DNA of 40,641 nt, taken from contig JBOZIK010000001.1 in assembly GCA_051453625.1 (NCBI GenBank), forward strand, positions 28,777,432-28,818,072, in the 5' to 3' direction. Below, one piece after another: positions 14,851 to 28,400 of the stretch. This DNA comes from Welwitschia mirabilis. Its lineage: Eukaryota. A program made the translations under genes and the position numbers. Each line of letters opens with the position of its first letter. The stretch's first letter is position 1. Below the pieces are notes generated by a model. That model saw nothing but the letters and a program-made list of their open reading frames with translations. It did no database searches and was not told the origin of the DNA.

Positions 14851-15749
14851 CTTCATTTTAACAGAGAGTTTAGGAACATGACCCTGACATTGTGACTTTT
14901 TCTTGCAATTTTAATTTTGATTGTGATTTATAAGATATTTCGCCTATGATCCTCTTTTATTTTAGGCCTAAGATTTTTACCTATAGGAAATTTAAATGCA
15001 TATAATTGAATTCTAATTTAAAAAATTTTAGATCCTAATAATGGTAAAAGTTTAACAAAATATTTTTTTTTCTCTTTTGGAATATAGATTTTTTTTGATT
15101 TTAAAAGAGTGAAAAATGAGTAAAGTGATGTGCTAATAATAATGCAAATTTAATGCCTAAACTAGTCGAAGACTAGATTTGAACATGATTTCAAAAAAAG
15201 ATTTTTTTTTCGCATTAAGAAAAGAGTTATTTTATATAAACATAAGATAATGCTATAATCCTAATTAATACTTGTAAAGGAAAACTCCTATCTAAGAAAA
15301 CTAATTTCCTAAGTTTTAAAAAAATTTATTTCAAATGTATAACTTCCATAGTTTATAGATTTTATAAATTTTATAATATTAAAAATTATTTAAATAGTTT
15401 ATCTTTTTTAAAAAAGAAAAAGATCATCATAAAATAAACATTTAAAAACCTGTATTTTCTTCTTCCCTGCTTGTCCTATCCTTGTGCTTTTTTCTTTTTT
15501 TATCTCCTTTTGAATGCCATCCTCTGAAGATCCCCTACTTCCCCCTGTGTATCTTCTGTTTTCTCTTTTTCACTATTGTTTCTTCTCCGCTCCTTTTGCA
15601 CTCCTTGCTCTTTAAGTTTTTCCTTTCTTCTCCCGTTCCACCTCTGTTTTTTGATTGTCACCTGTGCTCTGCTTTGCAAAGCTCTCCCACTGTAGATGTC
15701 CTTCAAATATGCACAAAGCAATGAAGTCAACATAAAAAAAAAGATCAAA

Positions 15750-16500
15750 ATTAGTTAAAAATACATATCAAAGTTTCATTATTCACTGAGTGCAACTGAT
15801 GGGCTTAAGGTTGGCATTAAGACCTTCACATTGAAAATGTTTACAAAGTACTAGTAGGAAGGACATCTTCTTTTGTATTCTTCAACCTCCATTGATAGGC
15901 ATCAATTCTGTGCCTCAATGGAAGCCATTTTGATAGAGTTATCATGAAAAGATTCTAATTCTAATTCCAATTTTACAACAAGACATTTCAAACCATTAAT
16001 CATTTCCTTTTTGCCTTTAGTTTGATTTAGTAAAATTACTTTCTCCTTTTGAATAGGAGTACTACACTCAATAAGCTTCTCCAATCCTATGGAGTTTAAA
16101 TTATCATTGAAGGCATCACAGATAGCATTACACTTCATACATTCCTTTACTAAAGTTAAATTCTTATTATGAGCATCTTTTAATGATGAATGAACCTTAG
16201 CTAACTCTTTTTTAAACTCCAACAATGTGATTTAAACTTTCAAATGTAGACTATGAATCATTAACATCTTCACATTTTTTTGGTCTTTCATCTTGAACCC
16301 TTAGTTTATCACACAAAAGTCTTGTCTAAAGTGCTTCCCTTGAGAAAAAAATTATAGTTTAATCACTTGGTGCTGTGATCTTGAGATTTCATAAGGCTTG
16401 ATTCCTTCCTTTCTCTAGCAAAACATAAGTTAGCTAATTTAGTGCCAAAGTTAGAAGAAGAAGTGTCACTAGGCTTGATTGGCATATTCTTGTCCATTTT
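15750..16500 (-). pseudogene. Decayed antisense ORF with coiled-coil-like composition, probably retroelement-borne
   Basis: ORF 15902-16225 (107 aa, K/E/L-rich) with an upstream MDKNMPIKPSDTSSS segment ~16497. No family recognised. Confidence 0.35.
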
Positions 16501-19500
16501 CTTATTCTTACAAATGAAAATAAACAATGCATTCAAATGGAAGGCATAGGAAAAAGATTAGATATTAGCAATCCTTTCATAAAAGCATGATCATCATTTA
16601 AAAGATGAACAACCCCTCAAAACATCATACAAAACTTTAAAGATTTAAAAAAGCACATTTGTTGAGTGTGGACTGTTATTTCTAAAAACTTTTGACCAAA
16701 AGGTATTAATCAAAGCCCTGTAACCATAAGAATTACCTGAGGTGTAGTTAAAATATGTAGTAATTTTTTTTCTTAATTGAAAAAAAATTTATTCCCCACC
16801 TCTCTTTTCTTATACATCACCATTCTTAATTCCAAGAACCTCTTGAAGTTTATCAATTGGAACTCTTAGCTCTCAACCATTCCCAAAAAAACGTAGAAAC
16901 ACACAAAATCATAGAAAATTACCAAAAAATTCCCTTAAAAAGGGAGCAAAATAACCCTAAAAAAGAAAGAACTACTAGCACAAAAAAGAAATGCAGATGC
17001 AACGAACTAGAAAATCCCATGAATTACCTCCCCTTATTTTATCTAGTCATTATTCTTAATATAAGTTCTTCATTCTAAACTACATTGTCTTTTCAACAGT
17101 TGCCCAATCTAGAATCCATATCCAAAATACAATAAAGTACTCTTTGGGGTAAAAATGCAAACTTAAAAAAAGGGCGAAGGGGCTCTTCCCCTTTTAGAAG
17201 GTGAATGCTCCTTTCAAATCTATAGCGCTTTATCAATGAATTATGTCATTTTCTCTCCATTTATAATCATACCCCAAATTCCTAATGTTGTGTTTAACAG
17301 CAAGTTTCTTTCTATTAATATAGGATACCCACAAAATGAACCACTTCTTTAGAGGGCCATTCAAGCTTGATAATAATATTTGGGTATGTCATTGAATTAT
17401 AAATCATTTATAGTTGTATGAAGACAAAGTTACCATAAGTGAAAACATGTTTCCCTTGATAAAAGATTCCCAAGATGATGAGATCTATAAACAATTTAAG
17501 ATGACTCATCAAAAGTTTTCTTTAGGAGAAAAACAGGAGGTCAAAATGTATGATTCTTCAGAGAAAAATGATAATCCAAAAAAAAAAATCTCAAAATTAA
17601 TATATCATTGGCCAACAAAACTAGGGTCGAGTTAGAGAGTGTTGTAACCCATAACAAGCATATTTTTGCATGGTACTACAAAGACATTTTAGGAATTGAT
17701 AAAAAAATAGTTATGCATATAATTGTATCAAACTCCAATTCCATACTAACTAAACAAAAGCTAAGAAAGCTCAATCTGATAATTGCACTAGTTATAAGAG
17801 AAGACATCTAACAACTATTAATAAAAGGGTTTAATTGCTAAAACAATTATTTAGAGTGAGAATCTAGTTTGGTCATTTCTAAAAAACTAAAAAAGGTAGT
17901 CTAAGCATATGCATTGCCATTAGAGATGTGAGCAAAGTCACATTAAAACATAATTTCCCATTACTTGATATTGATGTTATAGTTGATAATACAAGAAGAT
18001 ATGAACTGTTATCCTTTCTGGATGGATACTTTAGTTACAACTAAATTTTCATTAACCTAAATGATCAACATAAGAGAACATTTATTAAACTAGGATTTAT
18101 TATGCTATATCATAATGCCCTTTAAATTTAGAAATTCTGGGAGCACTTATCAAAGGACCATGACATACATCACCCATAACATGATGCATAAGATAGTTGA
18201 AAATTATGTTGATGACATAGTTGTTAAAACAAATTAAAGAGCTCAACATTTAAAGGATCTTTAGGAGTTATTTCAAATTTATTAATAGTATAATTTATAT
18301 ATTAATTTTAAAAAATGTGTCTTTGGGGTACACTCTAGGAAGTTATTAGGATTTATTGTTTTGAAATGATAAATTCAAATTAATGTTGAAAAAGTAAAAA
18401 CAATTAATAAAATGCCAAACCCAAGAAATCTAGAGGAACTAAGAGGCTTATAAGGATATTTATGGGTGATAAGAATATTCATTTCAACATTAATAGAAAA
18501 ATATAAATCATTTATACATATTATGAAGAAAAATGTAAATTTCAATGGATTAAAAATGTCAACAAGCCTTAGATAAGATCAAAGAATACTGGACTTCACC
18601 ATACTTACTTAGCCCTCCAATTATCTAGTTTGAATTCCACATTTGATCAATCAAACTATTTTCTAAAAATATCAAGATCACAAGGATAAATCCATATAGT
18701 ATATCAATCAAACCTTACATGAATATGAATAAAATTATTCTAGTCCTAGAAAGATATATCTAAATTTAGTCTTTGTCTTTTAAAAGTATAGATATTATGT
18801 GATCGAAAATAAAATCATTATAACTATTAATAAGAATATCCTAAAACATTTGTCAAATTTTTTCATAGAAATCACAAGATTAGCTAAATGTTTATCCCTT
18901 CTTAAAACATTTGATCTTCAATTCTGTTCCAAAATTCAATCAAAGCAAAATGCATAGTTAAACAAATTGCAAAACTTATATAAGAAAGTAATAACAACCA
19001 AGAAGCACTAATGAAAAGGAGTTTCTTGATAAAGAGATCTACTTTTTAGAGGAAAAGAAATAATGAAATGCATATATATATTTAGATTAGCAAAAAATCA
19101 GCATGGTAGATCCAGTGCATTTATGTTCTTTTTTAATAAATAGTAATATCAATCAATGACATTAAAATTTAAGTTTTCATGCACTAACAATATGGCAAAA
19201 TATGTAGCTTTATTAAGAGGTCTCAATATTACCATTGATTCTTGGCTTAATAATCTAAAAATCATTGGACATTCATAACTAGTAAATAATCACATGATAG
19301 GAACATATGATTACAAATCAGAACTTTTCTAACAATATGGGAAAAATGTTAAGAAGAAAGTATTTAAACTTGAAAGCTATGAAATTGAATCAATGTCAAG
19401 AAAGAATCATAAAATTATTGATTATCCTACCAACCTTGTCAACTATCATTTTGATGATGCCAACATGAAAAACCTTGTTAGAATGACTGAAATTAATGAA

Positions 19501-19804
19501 ATCTAACCTCAAAGGTTAACAAATCAAAATAATTTTGAATCTTTAATAAGATGAAATTGAAGAGTCATTCAGAATGAAGTACAACTAGATGAATGAAATG
19601 GGATGATGACATAATATTTAAGAGATCTTAAATTACCTAAAAATCTTAGAAATATTCAAAACATAAATTTTAAATTAAAAGTCAAAATATTTTTCTTCAT
19701 GCATAATGAACTACTTAAGAGATCATTTAATGATGTCTTGTAATGAAATCAAAAAATAGAAGAAGTCCATTCTAGTTTTCTAAAATTCATTTTTGGGGGT
19801 TGGG

Positions 19805-20736
19805 TTAGAAGATAATTAATGATGATTGTTTCAAACTCATCAAACATTTTTATACTTATTAGATATTTGCACTAATCTTGAATCAATCATCAAAAGATGT
19901 ATTCCTACTTGAATCAACTTAGATATTTAAAAAAATCGGGTTTAGATGTTATCATATCAATCAATTCTTCATCATCAGAATCACATTTCTTACCCTTACT
20001 ATAATAAAATGCTTTTCAAAATGGATAGAAGCAATTTCACTTTGAAAAATAGTAACTAAATCAAGTTAAGATATTCATCTTAGATCATATAATTTAATGA
20101 TTCAAAATAACTTATGTCTTAATCACTGATGATAATGCATAATTTAATTCTTCTAAGTTAGAAGACTTCTTGCAAAAATTCTATATTAAATGTTCATTCT
20201 CACACCTTAGTATCCATAAGAAAACAACCAATCAAAATCAACAGATAAAGTAATCATTACACATTATTTCATTAAGCTATATTAGAAAATAATTAATGAC
20301 GATTGTTTCGAACTCATCAAACATTTTCATACTTAATAAATATTTTCACCAATCTTAAATCAATCATAAAAGGATGTATTTCTACTTGAATCAACTTAGA
20401 TATTTAAAAAAATGGGGTTTGGATGTTATCATATCAATCAATTCTTCATCATCACAATCACATTTCTTACCCTTACTATAATAAAATGTTTTTCAAAATG
20501 GATAGAAGTAATTTCACTTTGAAAAATAATAACTAAATCAACTTAAGATATTCATCTTAGATCATATCATTTAATGATTCAAAATAACTTATGTCTTAAT
20601 CACTGATGATAATTCATAATTTAATTCTTCTAAATTAGGCGACTTCTTGCAAAAATTATATATTAAATGTTCATTCTCACATCTTAGTATCCATAATAAA
20701 ACAACCAATCAAAATCAATAGATAAAGTAATCATTA
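19805..20736 (+). repeat. Tandem duplication of ~455 bp of integrase (19805-20259 and 20282-20736)
   Basis: Collinear copies at a 477-bp offset with scattered substitutions and a 22-bp spacer. Confidence 0.95.
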
Positions 20737-22062
20737 ATATTTTAAAGAAAATCACCCAAACAAATAAGAAAATGTGGCCAAAAAAACTAACTTATATTTT
20801 TTGTGTAGCACAAATAATAATTAAAATAACAACTATTTAATACCTTTTTATCTAATTAATGATTTTTAAATAATTATTACATATGAAATCAAAATTCCAA
20901 TAAGGAACACATTTGTTGAGGAATCAAAACTATTAGAAAAAGAAAAAGATGCAAGACTTACATAATTGAAACTCCTAGATGAAAATTGAAGTCAGGCTTT
21001 AAACCTTAATCAAATTTATCAAAAGTGAAAAAGGAAAGCCTATACTAAAATTATAAAAAATCAAAACTTTAAAATTGGAAATCTTACCTTAAAAATAAAG
21101 TTAATATAAAACATATCTAAAGTTTTCCCAAACTGGCTTGTATCTAATATTATTTTTAAAACAATATAATAAAGGGTCTTATAAATTAAAATATTTAAAT
21201 GGAAATGAAGATAAATAATCAATAATTTCTTACTATTTAAAAATTACTATTGTTGAATGGTTTTTATTTTAAATGATTTCTCTCTTTATTTTTCATGTAA
21301 ATAGTCATTATAATTTTTTGGATTATACTTGTTTTTAAATTAGATGTTCCATGATGTTTTTTAAACTAATCTTATAGGTCATGGATCTTGGAAGAAATTT
21401 GATAAAAATCCTTTATGAAGCTAATGTAATTTTACAAAGGAATAATAAAAAACTTTGAAAAAAAAGTGATTGAATAGGGATCTTGAAGCTCTGAAAGAAG
21501 GATTAAATCCAAAAGTTAGATATGTAGAATTAGTTCTACCACATTATCCATTCTATGCATTTAGATATTATCAAAGATTTTGTGAATATGCTATATTTTT
21601 AGTGATGAATCATTCCACATCTAAAAGTTTGACTACTTTAAAGTTAAAAGTTATATGTAAGGAAGATGATATTCAGGATCTGATTAAGATAGTTCCCTAG
21701 TAGATGAGAGAAGTAATGAATGAAGATAATGGTAAAGGAAAAATTTAAGTAAGGAATTATAACTCTTTACTATAAGGGAATGATAGCTATTACTTTCCAA
21801 AGGATGTTTTGGAATCATACAAAAATGCAAAAATTGATAAAGATAACCCTTAATTAATCCACTCTATTAGAAACACTTTTTTCTAAGTTCTTGAATGATG
21901 TAGGAGCCTTATTAGGAGCTAAGCACCATGATAGTTTATCTTATATGCTTATCAAATTTCTTAGATATTGTTATGGTACCCTTAAAGTTAGATATGCACC
22001 AAATAAAGAAGGATCCTTAACTTGAAAATACATCTACAAGAATCAACTTCTAGTTTTTAGAT

Positions 22063-22250
22063 TCATCATATGAAATGTCTTGCCTACATCCCATGTAACC
22101 GATGCTTATAGTAGTTACCTTGAAATGATAAGGCCTATCCAAGATAGTAAGCCCTTTGATATTGCCAAACATTTATTTACTACTATAGCTAATAGCACAG
22201 GTTGTAAGATTAATCTTCCATTCCCTTATTATGTTTTAGACATTCCTTAA
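22063..22250 (+). pseudogene. Extra 3' ORF fragment resembling the putative plant transposon protein domain (Transposase_32-like)
   Basis: Translates to FII*NVLPTSHVTDAYSSYLEMIRPIQDSKPFDIAKHLFTTIANSTGCKINLPFPYYV. This fits the recalled LPTSH...D(I/V)(A/G)...LPFP pattern; not database-checked. Confidence 0.55.
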
Positions 22251-22449
22251 CTCATCTTCTAGACTTTAAGGGATGGGTATTGCTTGCCAAATTGGCCATA
22301 TTTAACATCATACTTCAAGTATGTTTTTAGGACCTTTTTATAGTTTTAATGCTTAAATTGACCACTTTTATTGTTAAGGATTAAAGATAAATAATGAAGA
22401 ACAATTTGAATCAAAACTAAGTAATTATGGAGCATTTGAGAAAAGCACA

Positions 22450-25400
22450 TGACATGGGATAGTGGCATAGAAGATACATGACAATGACATGTGNNNNNNN
22501 NNNNNNNNNNNNNNNNNNNNNNNNNNNNNNNNNNNNNNNNNNNNNNNNNNNNNNNNNNNNNNNNGCCAAGTATTTGACACATAATGATAACTCCACCTAA
22601 CACAAGAAGACAAAGATTTCATCTAATGCTACAAGATGTGGTATCTTATCCATTCTACCTAGGTTACATCACAAACATTGTAACTACTCATTTATAACCA
22701 TTATCTACTATTATATTTCAAAAATCATAAGTGATAGTAACCATCAAATAATCATTACATCTATTACTATATTTATATTATAGATTCTCACTTACCACTA
22801 AAGGATGAAGTTGGTGGAGGAGAAAGAATCAAGTTTTATTTTTAGCTAAAATTGTAATATGACCATTTTAGTTTGTTTTGTAGCTAAATTAGTTCATCAT
22901 TGAAACCTATATAAGCCCCTTAAGCATCACATTTTCTCAAATTTCAAGTGTAGATTGTTCTTATAAGGATTTGATGTTGGATTATATTTCTCCATTAAGG
23001 AGAGACTAGTTCTAAGTGGATATAAGAAGATTGTAATTATTAAAGATCATTTTTTTTTCTAATTTCTCTTTTTTGTTCCTTATATGTTATGTTAAAATTA
23101 ATTTAATTACATAAAAATTATTTTAAATTTGATATAATGTATGAGAACTAACCTAAGTAACAATAACTTGAAACTGTCCAACTTGCAATGGATTTTTTTT
23201 CAGATTTGATAAATAGCCAATTTGTTTAGATCTGAAAGATAGGTGAAGAGAAATGGGTTTTGGGATCTCCTCAATGTCTTTGAGGGATACTAATTATCCA
23301 TTTAGTTTTTTGCTAGGACTTGCAATGCAATTGAAATCACCCATCAGAGCCCAGGGGGTGTTTATATCCCAGTTGATATTAGATATGTCTGTCCATAGTG
23401 ATTGTCTCTCTTTGGAGGAGTTAGATGCATAAACAAAGGAGGTTAGCATAGCATTATTTTTAATAGTCATTTCATAGTGCAAATTCTGTAGCAAGGCATA
23501 TTTCACAATGACTTAAACATCTAATGGATTCCATAATAACAAAATTCTACCATTTGATGAATTTGAAAAATTGTGAGAAAACTTCCATGATAGGTTTGGC
23601 ATACATCTTCTAGCTATGATATTGGATTTATTTAATTAAAATTTCATTTCAAGTATAGCAATAACACTAATATTTAGCTTCAAAATGAGATGATATATTT
23701 CAATTTATTTATCAAACTCTTTTAGGCCTGTTATGTTCTAGGGGGCTAATTTCATGTTATTGTTTTAAGGGAATCAGTTCCCTCTTTCCCCTTACCCTTT
23801 TTTAATTTGTGAGTTGAGGAGGTACTGAAAATTTTTGAACTAGTTTCATAAGAGCAAACAAAAGTATCTAGAGGGCATAAATCAATGGTAATCATTCCCT
23901 AGTATGAAGTTCAGAGGTTGGGTTTAACAAAGATTAACCTGAAGGGTGTTGCTAAGGGCTTGAGGAAAGATTGAGAACTACTCTTTCTTCCATAGTTTCT
24001 AGGCTAAAAGACGGATTCATAGTAGTTGAGAGACTAAGATCCCTTGCAAATGGCTGCATGTTCCTATTGTTGATCCTCAAGCCACTCAAAGAGGAGATTA
24101 CACAGTGAGGCATTAATAACAGTCCATCTCCTAAAGAAGTATGATGTTCGTTTGCTGGCTGGCCCTTATGATATGGCTTCAAATTTTGGTATGAACTAGT
24201 GCCTTTACTACTTATCGGGTCTTGGATCATTGCACAGGTCTTCAGCTTTCCTGAGGGGCTTGCTATAATGGCTGTGATTGCAACTGCTTGTGTTTCCTTC
24301 CTCGCAAGTTGAGTCACATTTAGGAACACACTAGAAGCCCTTGTTAATAATCTTTAGTTAGACGTCTATTCTTAATCCTTTGCTAAATTCCTCTTACAAA
24401 GCCTCTTAAACCATTCATCTATATTCCTCTATCTCAATAAAGGTCTTAAAATATTTCCTTCATTTAGGTTTTGCAACTTTTAATGCGAGCACTCATATTT
24501 CCTAAAGTTTATTCAAGAGAGTTGGAACATCTTCCTTGGTTGCAACTTCCTGGTTGATTTACATAAGAAATTGCATCTCTTTAAAATAGCACTCAAAACT
24601 AGATTCTTCAAAGTGATCTCATCTCTAAGTTAGTAAATCCAAATTGCTAAACAAGAGCTATTAGCCATTTAGACCCATCTTGAGTCCTCCTCCCAGCAGG
24701 AAGATCTTATACAGAAAGAATAAGAAGCATCATTAGCCTATAAAAAAGTACTCTAGTACCAATACATTCTTAATAAGCAAAAAGCAAAAATTAAATAGGC
24801 TTCAGAGGAAGACTCTACCTTAGCCTACTTTCATGCTTATATCAAACAAAGGAATCATTTTTCTGTAATGGGGGCTCTCCATGATGCCAATGGTAACCTT
24901 CTAGTCAATCATTAGAAAATCCAACAAAATATCATCAACTATTTTTAGAACCAATTTGGCAATGAGGTTAGTATCTCCCACCTAGATTATTTAATTCTAT
25001 TTGTTGGTCCTTTAATATTAGAACAATAATGAATGAACTTATGTAGTCAGATTTCATCTAAGGAGACCAAAAATGCCTTTTTCTCGATGGATGATGACAA
25101 ATCCCTAGGCCCTGATGGATTCTTAGCAAAGTTCTTCAAATTTGCCTGTAACATCATAGGAGATGACATTTGCAAAGCTATCAAATCATTTTTCCATGAA
25201 GGAAGAATGCCTAAATGCATAAACTCTACAACTATTGTTTTGATCCCTTAATCAAACTACCCTTCAGTGGCCTCAGATTTTAGATCTATTTCTTACTGTA
25301 ATCTGACATACAAAGCAATCTCTATTATTATTACTACTAGACTTAAAGGTGTGCTGATAGATATAGTGGTAGATAATCAAGGGGCTTTTATCGCTCAAAT

Positions 25401-28400
25401 AAGCATTATTCATAACATTTTTCTCGCCCAAGAGCTAGTCCAATACTATGCCAAAAAAAGAATTAGCATAAGATGCACCCTAAAAGTGGATCTAAAGAAG
25501 GCCTATGACTTAGTTTTATGGTCTTTCTTATTCCACTTGCTAGAAGGTTTTGGCTTCCATTTCAAGATGATTAAATGGATTAAAGCTTACATGTCCACTC
25601 TTACTTCTCAATTATAATCAACGATGGGATGGCGAGCTACTTCCTAGGAAAAAAAGGCATAAGGTAGGGTGATCCTATGTCTCCATACTTGTTCTCCCTT
25701 ATCATGGGGACTTCACAAGGTGTCTTAAAAAGGTATTACTAAATACTCTCTTCCACTTTTACCCTAAATACAGAAGGCTTAATATTATGCATATCTGTTA
25801 CATAGATGAACTATTTATCTTTAGCAGAGAAGATGACATCTCCATCTACTTATTGAAAATAGCATTACACCACTTTTCTCAGGTGTCAGGTCTTTAAGAA
25901 AATGGATCTAAAAGTTAGGTTTTCTTTGGAGGAATCTCCCAAGATCAAAAAGAAAGATTTCTATAGCAACTAGGTTTTATAAAAGACACCCTTCTAGTCA
26001 AATATCTTGGGGTGTCTCTAAACTCAAAAAAGCTATTGGTTATAGACTATCTCCCTTTCATCCTCAGGGTAATAAAGAAAGTAAGATCTTAGACCACTAA
26101 TATTATTTCATATGTAGGGAAACTAGTTCTAATTAAGGTAGTTCTTCAAACCTTATCCTCTTTTTGGTGCAGGGTTTTCATCCTCCCAAATATGGTCCTT
26201 TTCAAAAGTAATGCCATTTGTAGAAGATTTTTATGGACTGATAAAGCTAAGCATTCCAAAAAAGCNNNNNNNNNNGTAAAATCAAAGACAACAGGACGGC
26301 TGCAACTAATTAACCCCATTCTAATAAATAAGGCATTAATTCTCACCCATCTTTGGGACTTAGATCTTAAAAAATATACTTTATGGATTAAATGGTATCA
26401 TGAATATTACTTCAAAGTTTTAAACATTTGGCAGTTCCAATCAAAGACTAATACCTCATGAACCATAAAAAAAATCTTGAAGCTCAGATCCCTTATAGGA
26501 GGTTATGTATAGGTTTCAACATCGACAATGAATTAGACGATAGTGGGAGAGACTTTTTCAACTACTACCTTATATGCTCATCTAGTTGGTCATCTTCTAA
26601 AGGTAGATTAGGCCTCGCAAGTTTGGAATCAGTTTTTAGACCCTAAATACTCCTTTGTTACATGGTTAGCATGCCATAACAGATTATTTACAAAAGACAG
26701 AATCCCCAGACTAGGTTAATAGACTGACCTAACTTGTTATGTGGGTTAGAAGTGGAGTCAAGAGACCACCTATTTTTTGAGTGCCTTCCTTGTGCCCACC
26801 TCCTCCAGTTAGCCTTGCTTAATTCACCTTCATTTCCCAACTTCTTCTTGGTCTAATCTTCTCTTTTGGTTTAAAGGTAAAAGTAGATCAAAATTAGCCT
26901 AGCATAACCTTACCAAGTTTATCTTCTTAACCTACATATACCATGTTTGGCAAGGCAAGAATGATAAAATTTTCAGAAAGCAAGCTTTAAAATCTTTCAT
27001 GTTATAAAAGAAATTAAATTCCAACTTATCTACAAACTTTCATTTATTCATCAACTTAAAAACACCCAGAAGAATCACTCATGGTGCTAGCTGGTTGATA
27101 TTTCTTCAATTTTTATAGGAAGATCTCCCACTAATTAGTCCAAGTTATTTTAGAGCCAGTGAGTAAAGAATTTCTTCAGGGTTCTTATTTCTAGCCTCTT
27201 ACATTTGCTCTTTTTTAAGTAGGATGATGAAAGAATAATCTAATCCCCTTTAACCAATTAAGTAGTCCCGCAATAATTTCATTTCTAAAAAAAAAATAAT
27301 GGTAGAAGAAGCTCTTAGCCTTTAAATATGCAGCTATTTGTAGACACAACATTAAGAAGTGAATGCTTTTAGTATGTAGGTAAATAGCTACTATTTAATT
27401 GATGCCCTCTCCCATGTTGGCATTGTAGTCAGAAGAGGCCTTATAGTAAGGACTGAGGCATTACCAGGGATTAGCAAAATGTTAGGAAAATCAATAGGCA
27501 TAGAATCTGGGCTAGGGATTTGTATTAGAAATTGAAGAAATGGCTTCTTTAATGCTCTACAATTAGTCTTCAAGGATTACTCTCACATATTAATAATCCT
27601 CTTACCTGATCAATAATCTCAAATTCTTCAAATAAGCTTCTTAGAAGAATCTCTCCTCTTCTCTCAGCTTTGTAAGGGCATTCATCTGAAGTGGAGACAG
27701 TTAAGCTGCAACAAGATGTCCATAAGGATTGTTTGTCATCAGCTACTACTTCTCTAGTTAGCCTGAAAGTGCTATTCAAGAAGGTATTTACTCTCTTTAT
27801 CTTTAATCATTCATCTTTCTCTTGTGATTTGATCACCCAATACTTCCTTACTCCTAGCGGATCCCATACTCCTATATCTTTTATGCTATACCTTTCATTC
27901 TGGATGGAACCCCATCATAGCTCATGGTGGTCATATGTAGTGTTTTTATTTGTTTATTTTCTCTTTGATATCTAGGGATGCTACATTTAGTATTTGTTTC
28001 TTTAGCTCCTTCTTTTCTACACTATTTTTTGTTGAGGTATTTTGTATGAGTTGTTCTCCAATCGTTACCAGTAATGAAAAAAAGTCAAAGCTTTCATTAA
28101 AAAAAAAAAACTTGAAAAACTTGGTTAGTATTTGCATTTAGGTATGCATCTAATTTTTGCATCCATTTATTGTACTTCATCTCATCTTTACATTTGCCTT
28201 CATTTATCATTCAATAATTATAATAGAATATCATTTCAATTCCTTTCTAATTGGAGTAATTTTCTAAATGTACATTTGAATTCCTTTCTAGAGTATGACA
28301 TTTGAGGTGACTCTCTATACTAGTGTGTTTTCTATGTATTAGATATTAACATTTTTGGTTAATATTAAAGATCATTAATTAAAGATAAGAAGCACGTGAT

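Larger units (their letters stand above)
11000..22449 (+). mobile_element. Degenerate Ty3/gypsy Ogre/Tat-type internal region (gag, PR, RT, RH, aRH, INT, extra 3' ORF); 5' LTR not recognised
   Basis: gag FIGVEDPKIH at 11448 and SSLMKYALE*Y ~12165; GH-containing knuckle ~12880; protease FNLLLSRP*I ~13640; RT HIFAWYYKDILGID ~17660, FPLLDIDVIVDNT ~17955, YVDD 18205-18216; aRH CTNNMAKYVALLRGL at 19180; integrase KWIEA ~20019 and GPY/F-like FPNW ~21125. The order RT-RH-aRH-INT is that of Ogre/Retand. Left boundary approximate. Confidence 0.88.

Noticed and set aside
27297-28098. 3' transduction of host DNA by LINE B after the internal A-run
   Set aside because: The final ~70 nt match the 3' termini of copies A and C, so the end is LINE-derived.
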